From assembly GCF_006345805.1 (NCBI RefSeq), contig NC_043001.1:87296001-87360000 (forward strand): 64,000 nucleotides of DNA, read 5' to 3'. Source of the stretch: Octopus sinensis. Taxonomy: Eukaryota. The translations under genes and the position numbers were made by a program. Of the stretch, positions 25,007 through 38,552 are shown piece by piece (position 1 is the first letter of the stretch; every line of letters begins with the position of its first letter). The notes below the pieces were generated by a model. It saw nothing but the letters and a program-made list of their open reading frames with translations. It had not been told where the DNA came from and made no database searches.

Positions 25007-25498
25007 CCCTTCTGGGAGATGGCCCTACTTAATATGTAAGAAAGGTGTTGGTAGAAACTCCATATGTTTTACCCAGTGCAAGCTTTGGACACATAAAATG
25101 TGCAGCACTGTCAAAGGAAGGTTAACGAAGAATATAGTCTTTGTGTGTAGCAGATGTGCAGGTACAATAAGCACTAAAAATATGCAGACAACAGGCTCCT
25201 TTAAATGCTATGGGGTTCATTAGAAGTAGTAGATAGCTTCTGTTATCTAGGAGACTAAGTTAGTAGTGGGGGGGGGAGTTCTGAAAGTGCAGTTGCTAGA
25301 ATAAGAACAGGTTGGGCAAAGTTCAGAGAGCTTCTACCTTTGTTGGTAACTAAGATCTCTCGCTCAGAGTGAAAGGTAAATTGTATAATTCTTGTGTACA
25401 TACAACTATGTTACATGGCAGTGAAACATGCAATTTAACTACAGAGCACTTGTGAAGGCTCAAAATAATTGAGGCTAACATGCTGGACCTCCTGCCAA
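25007..25498 (+). mobile_element. RTE-clade LINE ORF fragment (Cys-rich segment + RT C-terminal region), frameshifted
   Basis: CKKGVGRNS..CKLWTHKMC..FVCSRC; LEVVDSFCYLGD; ARIRTGWAKFRELLPLL; KGKLYNSCVHTTMLHGSET. Confidence 0.85.
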
Positions 25499-25502
25499 TG
25501 AA

Positions 25503-25752
25503 TTTTGAGTGAGGAACTGCGAATGAAAAGAGTTGCAACAAAATTTGTGCCTCACTTACTCATGAAAGATCAAAAGCAGTCACGACTGAATGTGTGTTAT
25601 GAACTGAAAGAACAGTTGGAAGCTGATCCAGACCGTTTTTCGAAGGTCATGACTTGTGATGAATACTTTGAAAGTGATAAAAGTGTAGACAAGTAAAACT
25701 AAGTGAATAAAATAATATTGCAAAATTCCAGTTTCTTTTGGGTACCTCCTCA
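25503..25752 (+). mobile_element. Mariner transposase fragment with probable 3' TIR
   Basis: ELRMKRVATKFVPHLLMKDQKQSRLNVCYELKEQLEADPDRFSKVMTCDE (VP..L and TxDE motifs); ends tttcttttgggtacctcctcata. Confidence 0.8.
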
Positions 25753-26329
25753 TATATATATATACTTTTATATATGGTTGTGCGAATGTCTTGTTCAAAA
25801 ACAGGCTAAAGGTGGCTTCCCTTTGAGTCAGTAGATAAAGGTTAAAGTAATGAGGAAAACAAAGAATTAGTCAAGGCAGAACAATGACATTTGATTTCAT
25901 TTAATTCAATGTAAAAGATTTAGCTACATATAATTGATGAGGAGCATTCTAACCTATATTTCTCTGATGACAGAATGCCTGAATTTAGTGTCTTTGCTCA
26001 ATATGAGGCTCAAATAGCTGGGATATCCTAGAAACAGTCGTCAGAGTCTATCTTTACCAGTTTGTACTAATTTTACCATTCGTTATGTTGCTAAATTTTT
26101 AGATTGAATTACATTAAATTAAATGTCCTTGTCCTGCCTTGACTAATTGTTTGCCTTTCCTCACTACTTTAACCTATATCTGAATACACACACACGTACA
26201 ACAGATACATCCACACATATACTTCTAAGCCAACATATCCGACATATGCATATGTATACATATACACATGCACATACTTACATACACACATACATACATA
26301 CACAAACACATATACATTATTATATCGAT

Positions 26330-27050
26330 TTTATCTTTATATATATAAATCTGAGAATGTGTGTCTGTCTGTCTGTTTGTGTGTTTCCCTAAAACTTGAG
26401 AACTACACAACCAATTTCATTCAAATTTTACACATGCCTTACTTAGGGTCCGGGGAGTGTCATCGAAAAAAAATTTCAACTTCTTGCCTAGGGCGAGCCC
26501 ATAGCAATATCATATCTTCTCCACCATTTCAGTATTACGTGTTAAAAGTGAAACAAAAACATTTCTCTATTTTATGTCAGATACTTTCAATTTAACAATA
26601 AAAATGATAATAACAATTGAATTATATGTAGTAAGTAATAATTAAAATCAAACTAAAGTATAATATAATCGTAACATACAAAAGTAAAAATAGCAATTGG
26701 TATAAAATTGCATCAATGATTTGAATTTGAATAAGTGGTTTCACATGAATGGGAATAAATTAAAAATATAATTAGCGTGCAGAAATGGAATAGTCCAGAT
26801 GGATAATAAAAAATTAAATTAAAGAAAAGACTATTGTCTATAAAGTATACGATGTAGAGAAAAAAGAAGAGCTAACAATTCCAGCCTGTTATATATTTTG
26901 AGTATTGTTATCACTAGCGATATCAAGATATAACTTTGTATTTTGCATTTTATGTGTAGATGTATATATATAGATGTACATGTAATATGTACACATATAT
27001 ACATGCACTAGCACTATGACCCGGCAACGACGGGTCTTTAATGCTCGTAT
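26330..27050 (+). mobile_element. Helentron/DINE-1-like non-autonomous element
   Basis: 5' tttatatatataaatctgagaatgtgtgtctgtctgtctg...caaccaatttcattcaaatttt; 3' hairpin gacccggcaacgacgggtc followed by gctcgt-(TA)n. Confidence 0.55.
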
Positions 27051-27451
27051 ATATATATATATATATATAACGGGAAGCTTTATGAAAATAGACAAAAGAC
27101 GAAGGCAAGTGGAAAACAAACAAACAATTGTATTAGTATGGCGCTCAGGAAATATAAATAAAACAAGTCTTTAACGTTTCGAGCCTACGCTCTTCAACAG
27201 AAAGATACACAGAGAGAAAAAAAACACAGAAAGAAGGAGAGAAAAAAAATGCGTGCAGTAACTAACGAATCAACATGGCGATCTGATTTCGGCCAGAGGT
27301 CAAAGATCAAACATGAGACGCGAGAGCGAAATAAGGGGAGATAATAGGGTTGATAATAGGGTTGAATGACCAGCTATTAGTGCGTAGGAGAGGTCTGGAT
27401 ATATATACACATACATATACATATATATATATACACATACATATACATACA

Positions 27452-27485
<34 letters not shown>

Positions 27486-27672
27486 CATACATACATACAT
27501 TAATAGTTATTGCCAAGCTAACATGGCAGTTCAGAAAAATAGGACAAATGCTACTGTTGATTAGCTCCAAGAGGCCATCACCTCTAGCTAGCTATGTGAC
27601 ACACAAACCTGTGTCCATTATAACCTTCGAACAGGGGAGGTCAGCAGCTTCCCCTTGCTGGGTTCGGCTACT

Positions 27673-27713
27673 CCACATTGATAAGAGGCAACCACCTTGA
27701 AACTAGTCTGTGG
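27673..27713 (+). ncRNA. Minimal type I hammerhead ribozyme candidate with U3-A8 core variant
   Basis: CCACA-TTGATAA-GAGG(caacca)CCTT-GAAA-C-TA-GTC-TGTGG. Stem I CCACA/TGTGG, stem II GAGG/CCTT, palindromic ACTAGT stem III, GUC triplet; predicted cleavage after 27708. Confidence 0.65.
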
Positions 27714-28084
27714 TTGCCAGACCAGCAAGGGGAAACTGCTGACCTCCCCTAGCAAACCCTGCTGTGACTGGGCGGGGTCCAGTAGAATGCAGTTGCTGTA
27801 TTCCCTGTGTGGCATAAGAGGCAACTAAAAGGGGTGGGATTGAGAGGACTGGAAATCCACTCCTAGTAATTTCATATTCCTAAAAAGACAAGAAAAAAGT
27901 CAACACCTACAACATCTACATCTATAATCTATGACTGTCCATCCAGTCAATATCTGCAAAACTTGTCTATCAATCTTGTCAACAACTGTACACTGTATCT
28001 ATCCAGTCAAATATTAAATATTTGTATCCCATCAACATCTAAATGCAGTGTCTTTTGTCTGGTCAACACCTGCATGCCATACAT

Positions 28085-28490
28085 GTTAGTTAGTTAGTTT
28101 GTTAGTTAATTCTTTAGCTCAAAAAGAAAAAAGCAAGGCCATGTAGGGGGACATGCAGTTATGTACAGGGTGGTGTTCAGGTAAAGAGTTCAGGCCACTT
28201 GTGGTCAAGGGAGACTTTGAACCGAGCGGTCGTCGGCATCTTCACCATCTCGTCCGGCAGCTTATTCCACGGATCCGCAACCCGGACGGAGAAAGCCCCT
28301 CTCCTTTGATTGAGATGAAATCGTCGCAGATAGAGCTTTTCGGAATGACCCCGCAGCCGACGCTCTGGAGCAGGAGTGAAGAACAGCTCTTTTGAGAGGT
28401 TACACTTTCCGCTTATGATGTTGTGAGCAAGAATGAGATCACCACGGTGTCGTCGTTTTTCTAGAGAATAAAGGTCGAGCGTCTTTATCT
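28085..28490 (-). mobile_element. 5'-truncated CR1-clade LINE (RT C-terminus, 3' UTR, (CTAA)n tail)
   Basis: IKTLDLYSLEKRRHRGDLILAHNIISG..LRGHSEKL..AFSVRVADPWNKLPDEMV..FKVSLDHKW, stop at 28177-28179. Confidence 0.9.
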
Positions 28491-28622
28491 GATCAACTTC
28501 TGAAAACTACACCTGTCACACCAATGAGTGTCTACACACTGTAACACTATCTGTTTGTCAATTGAACACATACATATTATTTCCATATATTTAGTCAACA
28601 AGTCGTGCCTGTCAATATTGTC

Positions 28623-28843
28623 AAGGCGGCGAGCTGGCAGAAACGTTAGCACACCGGGCGAAATGCTTAGCGGTATTGCGTCTGTCGTTGCGTTCTGAGT
28701 TCAAATTCCGCCGAGGTCGACTTTGCCTTTCATCCTTTCGGGGTCAATAAATTAAGTACCAGTTACACACTAGGGTCGATGTAATTTGTCTGTCCTTGTT
28801 TGTCCTCTCTATGTTTAGCCCCTTGTGGGCAATAAAGAAACAG
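28623..28843 (+). mobile_element. SINE family B, 10-bp TSD
   Basis: TSD atattgtcaa at 28615-28624 and 28844-28853. Confidence 0.9.
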
Positions 28844-30379
28844 ATATTGTCAACATCTGCACATTATGTCAGACTATCCTGTCAACATCTACATTCTGTA
28901 ACACTGTACCAAGTCTACATTTACATACTGTACTAGTTTGTCTACACACCATCTATATATCCATTTGATATTTGTGCACTGTTTATGTCTATTTTGTCAT
29001 GATTTACATACTGTGTGTGTTTTATTCAGTCAAAATCTGTGCTTTGTGTTGTTTATGGATGTACTCAATGTATACACTTCATGTCTATTCATGTCCATAT
29101 CTTCCGACGGTCACCATCTGTCAGAAAGTATCAGACTATTAAATCAAATTCTACATCATATGTCTATCTGTTCACTCAACACATACATATCATCATTGTC
29201 ATCGTCATTGCTACCATCATTGTCGTCATCCTCATTCTGTCTGTTTCCAATCTGTCATAGGGCAGACAGGCTCTTCTAGACAGGTTAGAGGATCATCTGT
29301 CTCTGTTCACCATTTGTCTTTTCAACACCGATTTACATATCTATCTGTCTTGAGTCATATCAACTCATAGGACAAGTTCCTGGTTTCTGTGGTGCACATA
29401 TACCCTCCTGGAATGGATGCCTGTCTATCACAGACTTACTCATTTTTGCCAGCTGTGTTGACTCAAATGTTTTGCTCAAGAACACACTGCATCATCCGGG
29501 CCAGGAATCAAAATCACAATCTTACAATCATGAGACTGACACCCTTATCTACACACCTCCACACAATAAAAACCACAAGTCTTGTTAATTTGCTTTTTTA
29601 TCATAACATTGTCTTCACTGACTTAGCTGATCAAGTGCTATTCTACTTGTTGAAGCCTTACCATATGATTATTTATCCACTGGTATTTGAGTACTCTTTT
29701 TTCCACCTTGTTTCACATTTATGTGTTTACTCCGGTATATATATATATATAGAGAGAGAGAGAGAAAGAGACCAAGACTGATATATATATATATATATAT
29801 ATATATGACTGAAACAATTAAAAGATGTGGCTGTGTAGTAAGAAGCTTACTTACCAACTACATCGTTCTGGGTTCAGTCCCACTGCAAGGCACCTTGGGC
29901 AAGTGTCTTCTACTATAGCCTTGGACTGACCAAAGCCTTGTGGGTGGATTTGGTAGATGGAAACTGAAAGAAGCCCATTGTATATAGATAGATAAATATA
30001 GACATAGATAGATACATACATACATACATAATACATACATACATACATACATACTACATACATACATACATACATACATACATACATACATACATACCTA
30101 ACTACCTTCCTATGCCACTCTGTCAGTCTACTTACCAATCAATCTGTGTCTACCTACCCACCAACCAACCATCCTATCAGCCTACCAACTGATTCACCTA
30201 GCTGATTTGGCTCAACTCATTAAGATCTCTATGACCTGCAAAATTCCATTTGCTGGACATTTGAATTATTCGTTGTTCAGATGTTACATATCAATGTCTC
30301 TGTTTTACATCTCTCTAGGCCACTTGACTGATATATTGATCCAGCTTATCAGTTATATAGTGACAACACTCTTCAACAT

Positions 30380-30557
30380 ATGCTTCTTTCTCTCTCTCTC
30401 TCTTCCCCCCTCTCTCTCTCTATCTCTCTCACTCTCTCTCTCACTCTCTCTCTCTCTCTATCTCTCTCACTCCTCTTTTTCACTGTCTTTGTTCACACGC
30501 AGACACACACATGCATGCTTATCTATCTATCAATTCATCTATTTTTATATATACATT

Positions 30558-30589
<32 letters not shown>

Positions 30590-30727
30590 TGTATGTATGT
30601 ATGTATGTATGTATGTATGTATGTGTATGCATGTGTGTGCGTGTGTGTGTGTATGTATGTATAAAAATTATAAATGTATATATACATATATATATATACA
30701 TATATATATGTATATATATATATATGT

Positions 30728-30778
<51 letters not shown>

Positions 30779-30850
30779 ATATAAATAAAGTATATATATA
30801 TATATATAAATAAAGTATATAAATAAAGTATATATATATATATATATATA
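30380..30850. repeat. Compound microsatellite (CT)n-(GTAT)n-(TA)n
   Basis: Direct inspection. Other long tracts at 20945-21065 (CA), 35245-35325, 35855-35970, 41745-42040, 51235-51420 (GATA) and 53975-54130. Confidence 0.95.
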
Positions 30851-31781
30851 TATGCCCCAGCATAGCCACAGTCAAATACTAAAACAATTAAAAGATAAAA
30901 AAGATAAAAGAGATATGCATATATGATATAATATATATATATAGCACAATCTTTTATCAATTATGTAGGGTGCAACACTGGTGAGTATAGCCATATGGCA
31001 CAAGTCGTAGAGAACCTATTGCATTACACTCTATGTTTTGTGGTAGCGTGTGAGTGCATGTGTAAGTCATCTGTGAGACCATAAGTCAGGGAAAAGATGC
31101 ACTTTTATATCTGTTAATAGAGAGGGTATATTAACTGAAAAATATAGTATTATATATCCATCATGGCTGATCGTACCAATTGGTTTCATTCAAGGAATAC
31201 AATGAATTGTTAGGTAAAAATCCGATTATATAACCTTATGCTCATCAGAGTTAACTCATATGGGAGAGAATTGTCGGAGGTGGATTAACACAACCGGTCA
31301 GTGGCTGCTTTGAAAAAGGGTAGTGAAACAAAAGATGACCAGGTGATTAGCTTAGGAGTTATGTATGCCACTTGGTTGAGTATGCTATAAGGTCAGTAAG
31401 AATTATCTTAGAGTGTTTGTTGGGGAAGTGTACATTATTAAGTGTGGTGGTCCTGTGCGGATGGGGTGTGCGGTATGTGTTGTGGTGTCATGTGCTTAAT
31501 TTTTTCTAGATATAGTTATGTTTGTTGGTCTGTTTTCTTTCTGTGGGTGGGGGTGGTTATTTTACCGTGCAGTATGTAATGTGTGCAGGGAGGGTCTATA
31601 TATGTGTGGGAATACGTGTGTGAAGGGGTATATGTTGAGAGGGGGGATGGAGATAATCTATTTTGTGGGGTGTCCACCTGGGGGGGGGGTGCATGGGTGC
31701 ATTGGTATATGCTTTGGTCAAACTCTTTGCCATGCTTGAGGGTACTGGTGGAAGGTCAAAGCCGGGGACCTGTGGTTGCAG

Positions 31782-32200
31782 TCATGTTGGGGTGCACAGG
31801 TATGATAGGATGTGTTTCCTTTCATGTGGGCAGGGATTAAACACTTCATTCTTGCTATTCAGGTGTTGGGTACCCTTTAAATCACTCTTCTCAGCCAGGC
31901 ATAACCTGCACTTCCTGCTACTATTGAAGTATGACTTGCATTTTTCCAGGATCTTCCACTTTAAGCTGTATTCTGTGTTGCTTTCAAAAACCAAACATGT
32001 TTGGCTAGGGTTGTTGCATTACGTCTCTTAGGGATGTTGAAGAGGGACTTGTGGTTGTTAAAGTGGATTCTGAGGGGGCCTTCCATTGTCTCCACATACT
32101 TCCGCATGCTTGGTTGTCCATTTGGTCCTGAGACTGTTACCTCTGCCTTGTATACTACTGTGGTTGTTCAGAAAACAAGTTGTATTACCCCTCCATGATC
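31782..32200 (-). mobile_element. Penelope-like element GIY-YIG endonuclease remnant
   Basis: VVYKAEVTV..RKYVETMEGPLRIHFNNHKSLF..ATTLAKHVW / KWKILEKCKSYFNSSRKCRLCLAEK..LNSKNEVFNPCPHERKH, the typical PLE C-terminal CxLCxxEK...CxH signature. Confidence 0.85.
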
Positions 32201-32951
32201 ATCCTGCCTGTGCCTCAGGTGTAGGTCTACCTACTAAAATTTTATTTTACACTAGGTGCACAGCTAAAGGATAGTCTCAGGGTATGTCTATTAAACATTG
32301 CATAAGGTTCCTGACATATATATATATCATCATCATCATCATCATCATCATAATTGTTTGATGTCTGTCTTCCATGCATGCATAGGTAGGATGACTGACA
32401 GAAGCTGGCCACGTAGAAGACTACCCCAGACTATTGTCTGTTTTGGCTGGGTTTTTATAGTTGGATGCCCTTCCTAACACCAACCCCTCCGCAGAGTAGA
32501 TTGAGTGCTTTTTACGTGGCACCAGCACAGGCAAGGTTAGTTTTGGCATGATTTTTACAGTTGGATGGCCTTCCAAATGCCAACCACTTAATATATAATT
32601 CATATATATATATATAATTTGTGTGTGTGTGTGTGTAAAATATCTTCTTTTGTTTCTTCCTTTGGGTTATTGGGCTTCATTGTTCACTACTTTGCTTTTT
32701 TTGTTGGCATTATATTTCTACACTTTTCTGACTTATGGTTTCACCTGCCTGACTTTGCATAAGGCTTGGGCCTTTGAATGATAAGTTCAGGTCAATTGAC
32801 AGGCTTCCACATGATTTCTGTCTATCATATTATACACTGGGTCATTCTTACAATAAAGATTCTTGCCCAAGAAGGCATGCAGTGGGACTGCATCTTGGAA
32901 TTCTTGATTGAGAAACAAACTTCTTAGCTATACTCCACCAAGATCATGGTG

Positions 32952-32988
<37 letters not shown>

Positions 32989-33160
32989 TACAAAGTGAGA
33001 TAGGGGTTATGAGTGTAACCCACTATGGGATATCATTTACCCAATATACTGCCAGTGAAGTACCCAAAAGGCTAATACATAAATGCTTACAATTGCAATG
33101 CAATTAGTTCATTTATTGTATTATATGGGCGAAGGTAAAATGTTTTACCTCAAATTCATA

Positions 33161-33335
33161 ATACAAAATAAGAAAATGGAGGAATAGATTCCTTACAATC
33201 ATCAACTTACAGATAATAACAATTCATATAATTTATTAACTAATTAAATAGAAACATCCAAATCCAACAGAGTAAAACAGAATATAACACTATACATGAT
33301 GATTCTAAGGAATCTATTCCTCCATTTTCTTATTT

Positions 33336-33340
<5 letters not shown>
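33161..33340. repeat. Inverted repeat with ~35-bp near-perfect arms
   Basis: atacaaaataagaaaatggaggaatagattcctta / taaggaatctattcctccattttcttattttgtat. Confidence 0.8.
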
Positions 33341-33381
<41 letters not shown>

Positions 33382-35239
33382 TATATAAATCCCAAAAAAT
33401 GGAACAAGAACGTAACAGATGACAATGAAAACATATGATCAATAGAAGGATGAACAGAAAAACCATGTCAGAACATTCGTGGCTTTCTATTCATAAGTCA
33501 AGCTTCCAGTTATCACTACAGTTTCAGCCTGTTACACTTGAGACTGTTCAAAATTGGTAGGTCCCAAAAATCTAAGCTAAGGACATTAAATTTTTGGAAG
33601 AAAGCGGGTGAATATGTGTGACAAAATGGACAAAAACAAAAAACGAGAAAATGGAGAAAATGTTACATGATTACTAATACAAACAACATGAATAACAACA
33701 GGTGTCTTTTGACTAAAAGGACAAGTTAAGTTAAGCTGGCGTGTGGAGTGGAGGCCTTGCGGCAACAAACATTGATGAATGTTAGGAGATAGAAAAATAA
33801 GGTGTTGTGTGAGCAGAGGTCAGGCCAAGAAAGAAAGATCATGCTTGGCCAAGCACTGTCATGTTGGAGGAACAGAAAGAGGTAGGGAGCAGAGGGATTG
33901 AAGAATTGGGGGAGGAACTAGAGAGCAAGTGAGGGGGTACAAGGGAGATAACAGAGGAAAGTAGAGAGATTAAAGAAAGAGAATGCTAAGAAAGTGAGAG
34001 AGGGGGTCGAGAAAAAGAAAAGAGGAAATGTATGTATGTATATATATATATATATCACGTGATCACGTGACTGATCAGGCTATCAGATGTTGCTACACAT
34101 CGCTGGTCACAATGCGCCTTGCATTGTTTTAGCCTTCAAATGATGCCACCCCGCTGGCTAAGCAAGCTGGCCAACAGAATAAAGAGTGAGAGAAAGTTGC
34201 AGTGGAAGAGTACAGCAGGGATCGCCACCACCCCCTGCCGGAGCCTCATGAAGCTTTAAGTGCTTTTGCTCAATAAACACTCACAACGCCTGGTCTGGGA
34301 ATTGAAAATGCGATCCTACAACTGCGAGTCCACTGCCCTAACCACTGGGCCATTGCACCTCCACATGCATGTATATAATGAAGGAAAATAGGAATTAAAT
34401 AAATCTGGGTGAATACCTTAGTAAAAGCATGTAATAAACACAGCTAACAGGATGTTTCAATCAAGGTTATAACAATGCATATAGATTATCAATAACATGA
34501 GACAGGTGCAAACCGTAAATCCAACACTTATTAATTTGGTATATTAATCACAGGCTTACATCCGTCATGAAATAAAGAAAGAAGAATGAATAAGTACCAG
34601 GCTTTGAAAATAAGTACTGGGGTCTATTTATTTGACTAAAGAGAACCCTTCAAAGCAATGCCCCCAGTATGGCTGCAATCCAATGACTGAAACAAGTGAA
34701 AGATGACTATGTATATATCATCATCATCATCATCAACGTTTAACATCTGTTTTCCATGCTAGCATGGATTGGACAGTTCGACCAGGGTCTTGGAAGCCAG
34801 GAGGCTCCACCAGACTCCAGTCTAATTTGGCAGTGTTTCTACAGCTAGATATCCTTCCTAACGCCAACCACTCCGTGAGTGTAGTGGGTGCTTTTTACAT
34901 GCCACTGGCACAGGGGCCAGAGGAGGCTGGCAAACGGCAATGATCAGTTGTAGCTTTTTACGTGTCACTGACACGGACGCCAGACAAGGCGGCGCTGGCA
35001 TTGGCCACGTTTGGATGGTTCTTTTTACATGCAACTATAATTTCCATTGATTTTTATTTTGATGTAGATAAAAATCAATAGAAATTGTAGTTGTGATACT
35101 CATGCCGGTAGCACGTAAAAAGCACCATCCGAATGTGGCCGATGCCAGCACTGCCTTGACTGGCGTCTGTGCCAATGACACGTAAAAATCACCAACCAAT
35201 CGTGGCCGCTTGCCAGCCTCCTCTGGCCTCTGTGCCAGT

Positions 35240-35312
<73 letters not shown>

Positions 35313-35876
35313 TATATATATATGAGAGATCTTGCAAGGACTTATAATGCAGTATTCAAAGTTCTAACATGACATCCAGGTTAAGTTGGATATAAAGATC
35401 ATGTTTTGGTATTAATACTTCTTCCATTGCAAACTATTCATTTTTCCATAAGCCTGTCGGCCATTTGGGAACTCTGGGGTCCATGACAGATATTCTTGTC
35501 TGCTATGATCTATGTGTGCTTTTATGCATCAAGTGCCCATATGAGAAGATCTCTCAAGACTAATAATGCAAACATCCCCATTAAGTTGGATTTAAAGATT
35601 ACCTTTTATATATATATTCTTTTTTTACTCTTACTCTTTTACTTGTTTCAGTCATTTGACTGTGGCTATGCTGGAGCACTGCCTTTAGTCGAGCAAATTG
35701 ACCCCAGGACTTATTCTTTGTAAGCCTAGTACTTATTTATTCGGTCTCTTTTGCCGAACTGCTAAGTTACGGGGGCGTAAACACACCAGCATCGGTTGTC
35801 AAGTGATGTTGGGAGGACAAGCACAAACACACAAACATATACACACATGTACAAATATATATATATATATATATAG

Positions 35877-35978
<102 letters not shown>

Positions 35979-36870
35979 GTATATACGACGGGCTTCCTTC
36001 AGTTTCCGTCTACCAGATCCACTCACAAGGCATTGGTTGACCCAAGGCTATAGTAGAAGACACTTACCCAAGGTGCCACACAGTGGGACTAAACCCGGAA
36101 CCATGTGGTTGGTAAGCAAGCTACTTACCTCACAGCCACTCCTACACCTATATATATATCATCATCGTTTAACATCCGCTTTCCATGCTGGCATAGGTTG
36201 GATGGTTTGACTGAGGATTGGCAAGCCAGAAGGCTGTACCAGGCTCCAATATGAAGGTGTGTGGCTTAGTGGTTAGGATAACTGGCTCATGATCATAAGG
36301 TCATGAGTTCGATCCTGAGTGGTGTGTTGTGTTCTTGAGACAAACACTTTATTCCATGTCCACTTTATTTTATGTCCACTCAGCCGGCAGTAATGAGCTG
36401 TACATGTAATTCAAAGGGCCAGCCTTATCACATTCTGTGTGATGCTGAAGCTCCCTGAGAACTATATTAAGGGTACACATGTCTGTTTAGCCTCTTGTAC
36501 GTTAATTTAACAAGCAGGAACCCTCATTGTTGGATAAATTGGGACTCATGTTGTTGTAACCAACAGATTTACTTGTTGTGGATATTGTGAATGGATAGGG
36601 ATGATATATCCAGGCAGGTACTGTTCTGGCTAACTGCATGAAATGATATAGATTAACTGGGAATAATTGAAGGTAAACAATCACTTAGTATTTAACTCAA
36701 TAGGTAAATCTTGAGTTTGTTTTGTTGGATTATTAACAGTTTACTGAGTGTATATTCAAGACAATAGAATAAAGATGTATATTATACATATACACAGTTT
36801 TTATTATTATTATTATTATGGCCTTTTATACAGTATATTCTCTTTAAACCTCAGTCTGACATATGTTTCT

Positions 36871-37100
36871 TATTTCTTTACTGCCCTCAAGGGGCTACAC
36901 ACAGAGAGGACAAACAAGGACAGACAAATGGATTAAATCGATTATATCGACCCCAGTGCATAACTGGTACTTATTTAATCGACCCCGAAAGGTTGAAAGG
37001 CAAAGTCAACCTCGGCGGAATTTGAACTCAGAACGTAGCAGCAGACGAAATACTGCTAAGCATTTCGCCCGATTTGCTAACATTTCTGCTAGCTTGCCAT
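36871..37100 (-). mobile_element. SINE family B, 15-bp TSD
   Basis: TSD ctgacatatgtttct at 36856-36870 and 37101-37115. Confidence 0.9.
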
Positions 37101-38489
37101 CTGACATATGTTTCTGCTGCATAGTAACCAAGTTTCTCATGTAGACAAGTAGCTAACTCGAAATATCAAAATATATTCTAATGGAAATAAATGAAACAGA
37201 GATTAAAAAATGAGGTACTTTTTGACAAGTTATCTGATGAGAGACCACAACTGTTTGTACAGCATCTCACCAGTGAGGCACCAATGCACAATGGATTGAA
37301 ATGATCAAATTGAATAACAAAGAGTCTCATGAATTCTATTTTCTTTCTCTCATATTTCATATTTATACCTATGTATGTATGTATGTGTGTGCGTGTCTGT
37401 GTATGTGTGTATATATATATATAGTTCAAATTTATATATATATTGTTACGGAGGCAAGAAAAAGTAAACGAACAGAAAACATTATGCCCCTTGTTCCATT
37501 AGTTGGAACCGAACCGGCACTCCAGTTGTTCAGGACAATGGTATTTCCTTTGTCCTGTCAAAGACCATGATTATTAATGATCCTAGGCATTGATCTACAG
37601 TCCTAACACAGTCACGGAAAGTTTTTAAAAAAATTAAAATGCTACCCGTTATAAATACGGCTAGCATTAAGTTAGTTGGTCAGTCAGCGAGAAACCGTGA
37701 GCAGAGCAGACAAGGGAGTGAGTTGGAGATGGTGGAGTCGACGAGAGGCAGCCAACAAAGATGACAGCCAGGATCTAGAGAGAGACAGACAGTGAGTGTG
37801 AGAGATGACTGATCCCATAAAAACAAAAAAATCAGTGGCAGGCAGAGTCTGTATCAATGTAAATCTTCTTGATACCTTAGTAGCTTCTATGTTGGAGTCA
37901 AGGCAGCATGTTCTTTGTCTATCTCCTTAACTTCTTGGAGATTTTAGGTATAATTATACTAATGTGTCCATCTGTTTTAATTTAATCAAATTCTGTCTTT
38001 GTGCAACAGAGGATTGCTCTGCATTTAAATTGATGTAATAATTGCATTGTTCAATTAAATGGAGTTACATGAAACAATTGTACTGCATTACCTCTGGATA
38101 TCCTTGTTGCTTATTTTGATATAAGTGTGTGTGTGTTGTGTGTGTGTGTGTGTACATATCCATATTGAGGGAATGGAGCAGGTAAAATTCAGGCTACATA
38201 TGTTTCCTAGCTGGCAGATCTTCTGATATAATAATTACTTAACAAGGGGTATTCAGCCAGCTACTCATCAGGTTGAGCTACCTTAATTAAATGAAGGTTA
38301 TGTTGTTTTTAAGGAATCCCAAGTTAACTTGACACCAATAAATTGTTGTTTCTGAACGTTGTCTTTTATACCTATCACAGACTGCTTGAAGCTTACAAAC
38401 ATCCTACACTTAGATCCTTGGATCTTATGGTTACACACACACACATACACAGACAGACAGACAGGTTACAGGCAGACAGACAGACAGAC

Positions 38490-38552
<63 letters not shown>

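Noticed and set aside
38235-38280. Minus-strand CTGATGA...GAAT motif
   Set aside because: GAAA is altered and stems I and II are weak; not distinguishable from chance.
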